From contig BCKZ01000013.1 of the NCBI GenBank assembly GCA_001600815.1, forward strand, positions 521,621 through 585,620: a stretch of DNA of 64,000 nt, written 5' to 3'. Position numbers and translations under genes: made by a program. Within the stretch, counting starts at the first letter, position 1; each line of letters opens with the position of its first letter. Under the pieces are notes generated by a model, which was given only the letters and a program-made list of their open reading frames with translations, did no database searches and had not been told where the DNA came from. Source of the DNA: Alloascoidea hylecoeti. Its lineage: Eukaryota. Of this stretch, positions 61,701-64,000 are shown in pieces.

Positions 61701-63983
61701 TGAAGCTGCAGGTCGAAATATTGTTGCTGCGTTACCACAATTATGCACTTGCTTCCAAGCAGCATTAGATATACCTGAACTAGAAAGAGTCACTTTTAAA
61801 TCTTTTGGTTTTTTAATTGAAAACCTTGAGGACGAGCATCTAGGCAGTATTATTGACTTGGTATTTTCGATTGTATTACAAAGATGGGTTAAAATGAATC
61901 TCTCAACAAAATTAGAGGCAAAAAATATTCTTATCTCAATCATTTCAAAAGGACCTCTTATTAAACAGCGATATTTGCTTGGACTTCCCGATTTTAATGG
62001 GGTTTCCGAATTAGAAGAAATCCAAGAAAAGATTCAGCGAGTTATACAATCTACAAATGCTACTGAATTTTCGATTGATATGAAACTTCGAAATTATATA
62101 AGAAGATGTTCCAATGATAATCCTTATGTTGTAAAGCAAACTCTTGAAGAAATTAAAAAATATTTGATCTCAAACCAAGATCAATTTCTTACTTTAAAAA
62201 GTGATAAATACAACACCTCAATCTCCAAGTTGGTGATGTCATTATTGGAGGTGATTAATAAATTCAAGGATAATATCACAGATATCCCAGCTCTTTCATC
62301 TAATTGTTTGGGGCTTATAGGAGGCATAGATGTAAATCGATTTGATAGTACCAAAGAATCTGGTGATTTGATAATTCTCAGTAATTTCACTCAAGCTAAT
62401 GAAAGTATTGATTTTGTTATAACATTTGTTCAAGACCATTTGGTGAGTCCTTTCTGGGCATCGGCAGATCCAGGAAAACAGTTATTCCTGGCATATGCTA
62501 TGCAAGAATACCTCAGATTTTGTTCATTGACAGAGTCTGTTTTGAATGGAAATTTGCCGCGCGATTCACCAGAGGTGATTATGTGGCATAGTTTCAACGA
62601 AATGTCCCGATCTACTTTAACTCCTTTGCTTAGTTCAAGGTACTCGGCTACTGTTTTAGCCCCGGAGCAAGTGACATATCCTATATATGATCTAACAAAA
62701 ACCACCTATTCACAATGGCTTAGGAAATTTACTTTAGATTTACTGGGCCGTGCTAGAGGTCACAATTCTGAACAGATCTTTAGAGTTTGTCGTCGTATCA
62801 TTAAAGATCAAGATTTATCTATTAGTTCATTTGTATTACCATATATTGCATTGAACGTTATCATTGATGGATCTGATTCCGAGAGAAAAAATATAACAAA
62901 TGAAATTCTTTATGTCTTGAAAACAGATATATCATCTCTGGATAATGATTTGGCAGAGAGTTTAAGGTCATGTTATCAAACAATTTTTCTGCTAGTTGAT
63001 TATTTCAGCAAATGGTTACATAGTCATAAGCAAGCATCATCCTCTAAAAATCGTGGGCATACACTAGATCTTCCGTCTCCAGCAGCTATAGAGAACATAC
63101 TGGAAGTCATCCCATCAGAATTAATGGCGAAAAGATCAGCCGAATGTGGTGACTACCCACGAGCTATTTTGTACCTTGAAGAATGCTGGAGAGAATGGCA
63201 TGACGATCCAATTAAAAAGGATAAATTGACAAAAATTGATTTTAATGATACCATTCAATCAATGTATGCCAATGTTGATGATCCAGATTCATTAGATGGT
63301 ATATTTGTTAATTTTTCAAACAACAGTATCGAAGATAAAATCAAGCAATTAAGATATAGTGATAATAATTGGACTATGGCACAGGAATTCTACGAAACTC
63401 TTGACGATGTTAAAGGTGGTGATAAATATACCATTGATCTTTTAGAATGCTTAAATGAACATAGTATGCACGAAGAGCTTTTGAAACAAATAAATGAATT
63501 TATTGTTAGGAAAGATATCTCAGAGAGTGATATTCCACAAGAGTGGTTTGGTTTAGCATTAGAAGCATCATGGAGCACCGGCCGTCTTAATGAGATGAAA
63601 AAATGGATTAAATTGTCTGATACATCCCCAAACAGGAAAAATATACAATCATCATTTAACTTTAATATTTCAAAAACTCTTGTTGATTTATCCGAAGAAA
63701 ATTTGGAAGGAGTTGATGAATCATTAAAATGCTGTAGAGAAAAAATATGGATATCATTGACTTCAAAAACAATCAATTCTTTATCCCAATGTCGAAGTGC
63801 TCTAGTGAAACTCCATGGATTATCAGATTTAGAAAGTATTGCAAAATCATCATTGAGTGATGAAGATTTTATACCTGATAGTATCACAAGAATATTAGAT
63901 AACCGGATTTCCTCAGTGGGTGATGATTTTCAATCATTATGGTATTTGTTGTCTATTCGAAGATCTGCTGATATTTTAACAAG
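58787..63983 (+). CDS. MEC1: ATR-family checkpoint kinase, 5' part (exons 58787-59066 and 59129-63983; continues beyond the window)
   Basis: HEAT-rich region, UME-like segment, KQLFLAYAMQEYLRFC, LTPLLSSRY, RRIIKDQDLSISSFVLPY and FAT start LMAKRSAECGDYPRAILYLE. A GTATGT donor at 63984 explains the apparent stop at 63996. Confidence 0.9.
59067..59128 (+). other. Spliceosomal intron 1 of MEC1 (62 nt, phase 1)
   Basis: GTAAGG donor, CTAAC branch at 59110-59114, TAG acceptor. Joins ORF 58787 to the long ORF in frame (G|AG). Confidence 0.85.
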
Positions 63984-64000
63984 GTATGTTATCTGAATCA

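Noticed and set aside
56200..63887. Many antisense ORFs over NVJ2 and MEC1 (also over PIB2, PMA1 and the TF)
   Set aside because: Shadow ORFs of real genes.
1..64000. tRNA, rRNA or snoRNA genes
   Set aside because: GTTCGA-like words (1445, 19016, 25916) lack cloverleaf context. Nothing was supportable by eye, so a tRNAscan-SE/Infernal run is needed.

Overview
AT-rich fungal nuclear DNA, most likely from a budding yeast (Saccharomycotina-like): short GT-AG introns with CTAAC branch points, and CUG read as Leu at a conserved STT3 site. Genes in order: a decayed aspartic-protease pseudogene, BAT (branched-chain aminotransferase), FMP10-like thioesterase, DUF5102-like protein, a short PIB2, STT3, DUF3074-like protein, ERG4, a two-exon Puf4/Mpt5-type PUF gene, PMA1, a GPI-type yapsin, a Zn2Cys6 transcription factor, NVJ2 and the 5' part of MEC1. 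Long intergenic stretches hold decayed repeats and transposon-like relics. The most striking observation is in PMA1. It is interrupted not by an ordinary intron but by a 324-bp solo-LTR-like insertion flanked by a perfect 5-bp duplication (TTAAA). That insertion contains a GT...polypyrimidine-CAG pair whose splicing would restore the frame with a 7-aa insertion, so it is either a transposon being turned into an intron or a knocked-out allele. Other notable items: a ~22-bp-period TCGRCCA motif array, a ~440-bp diverged foldback, a two-copy dispersed repeat, pogo/Fot1-like transposase scraps and GC peaks centred on promoters. All calls are by eye, without database searches.
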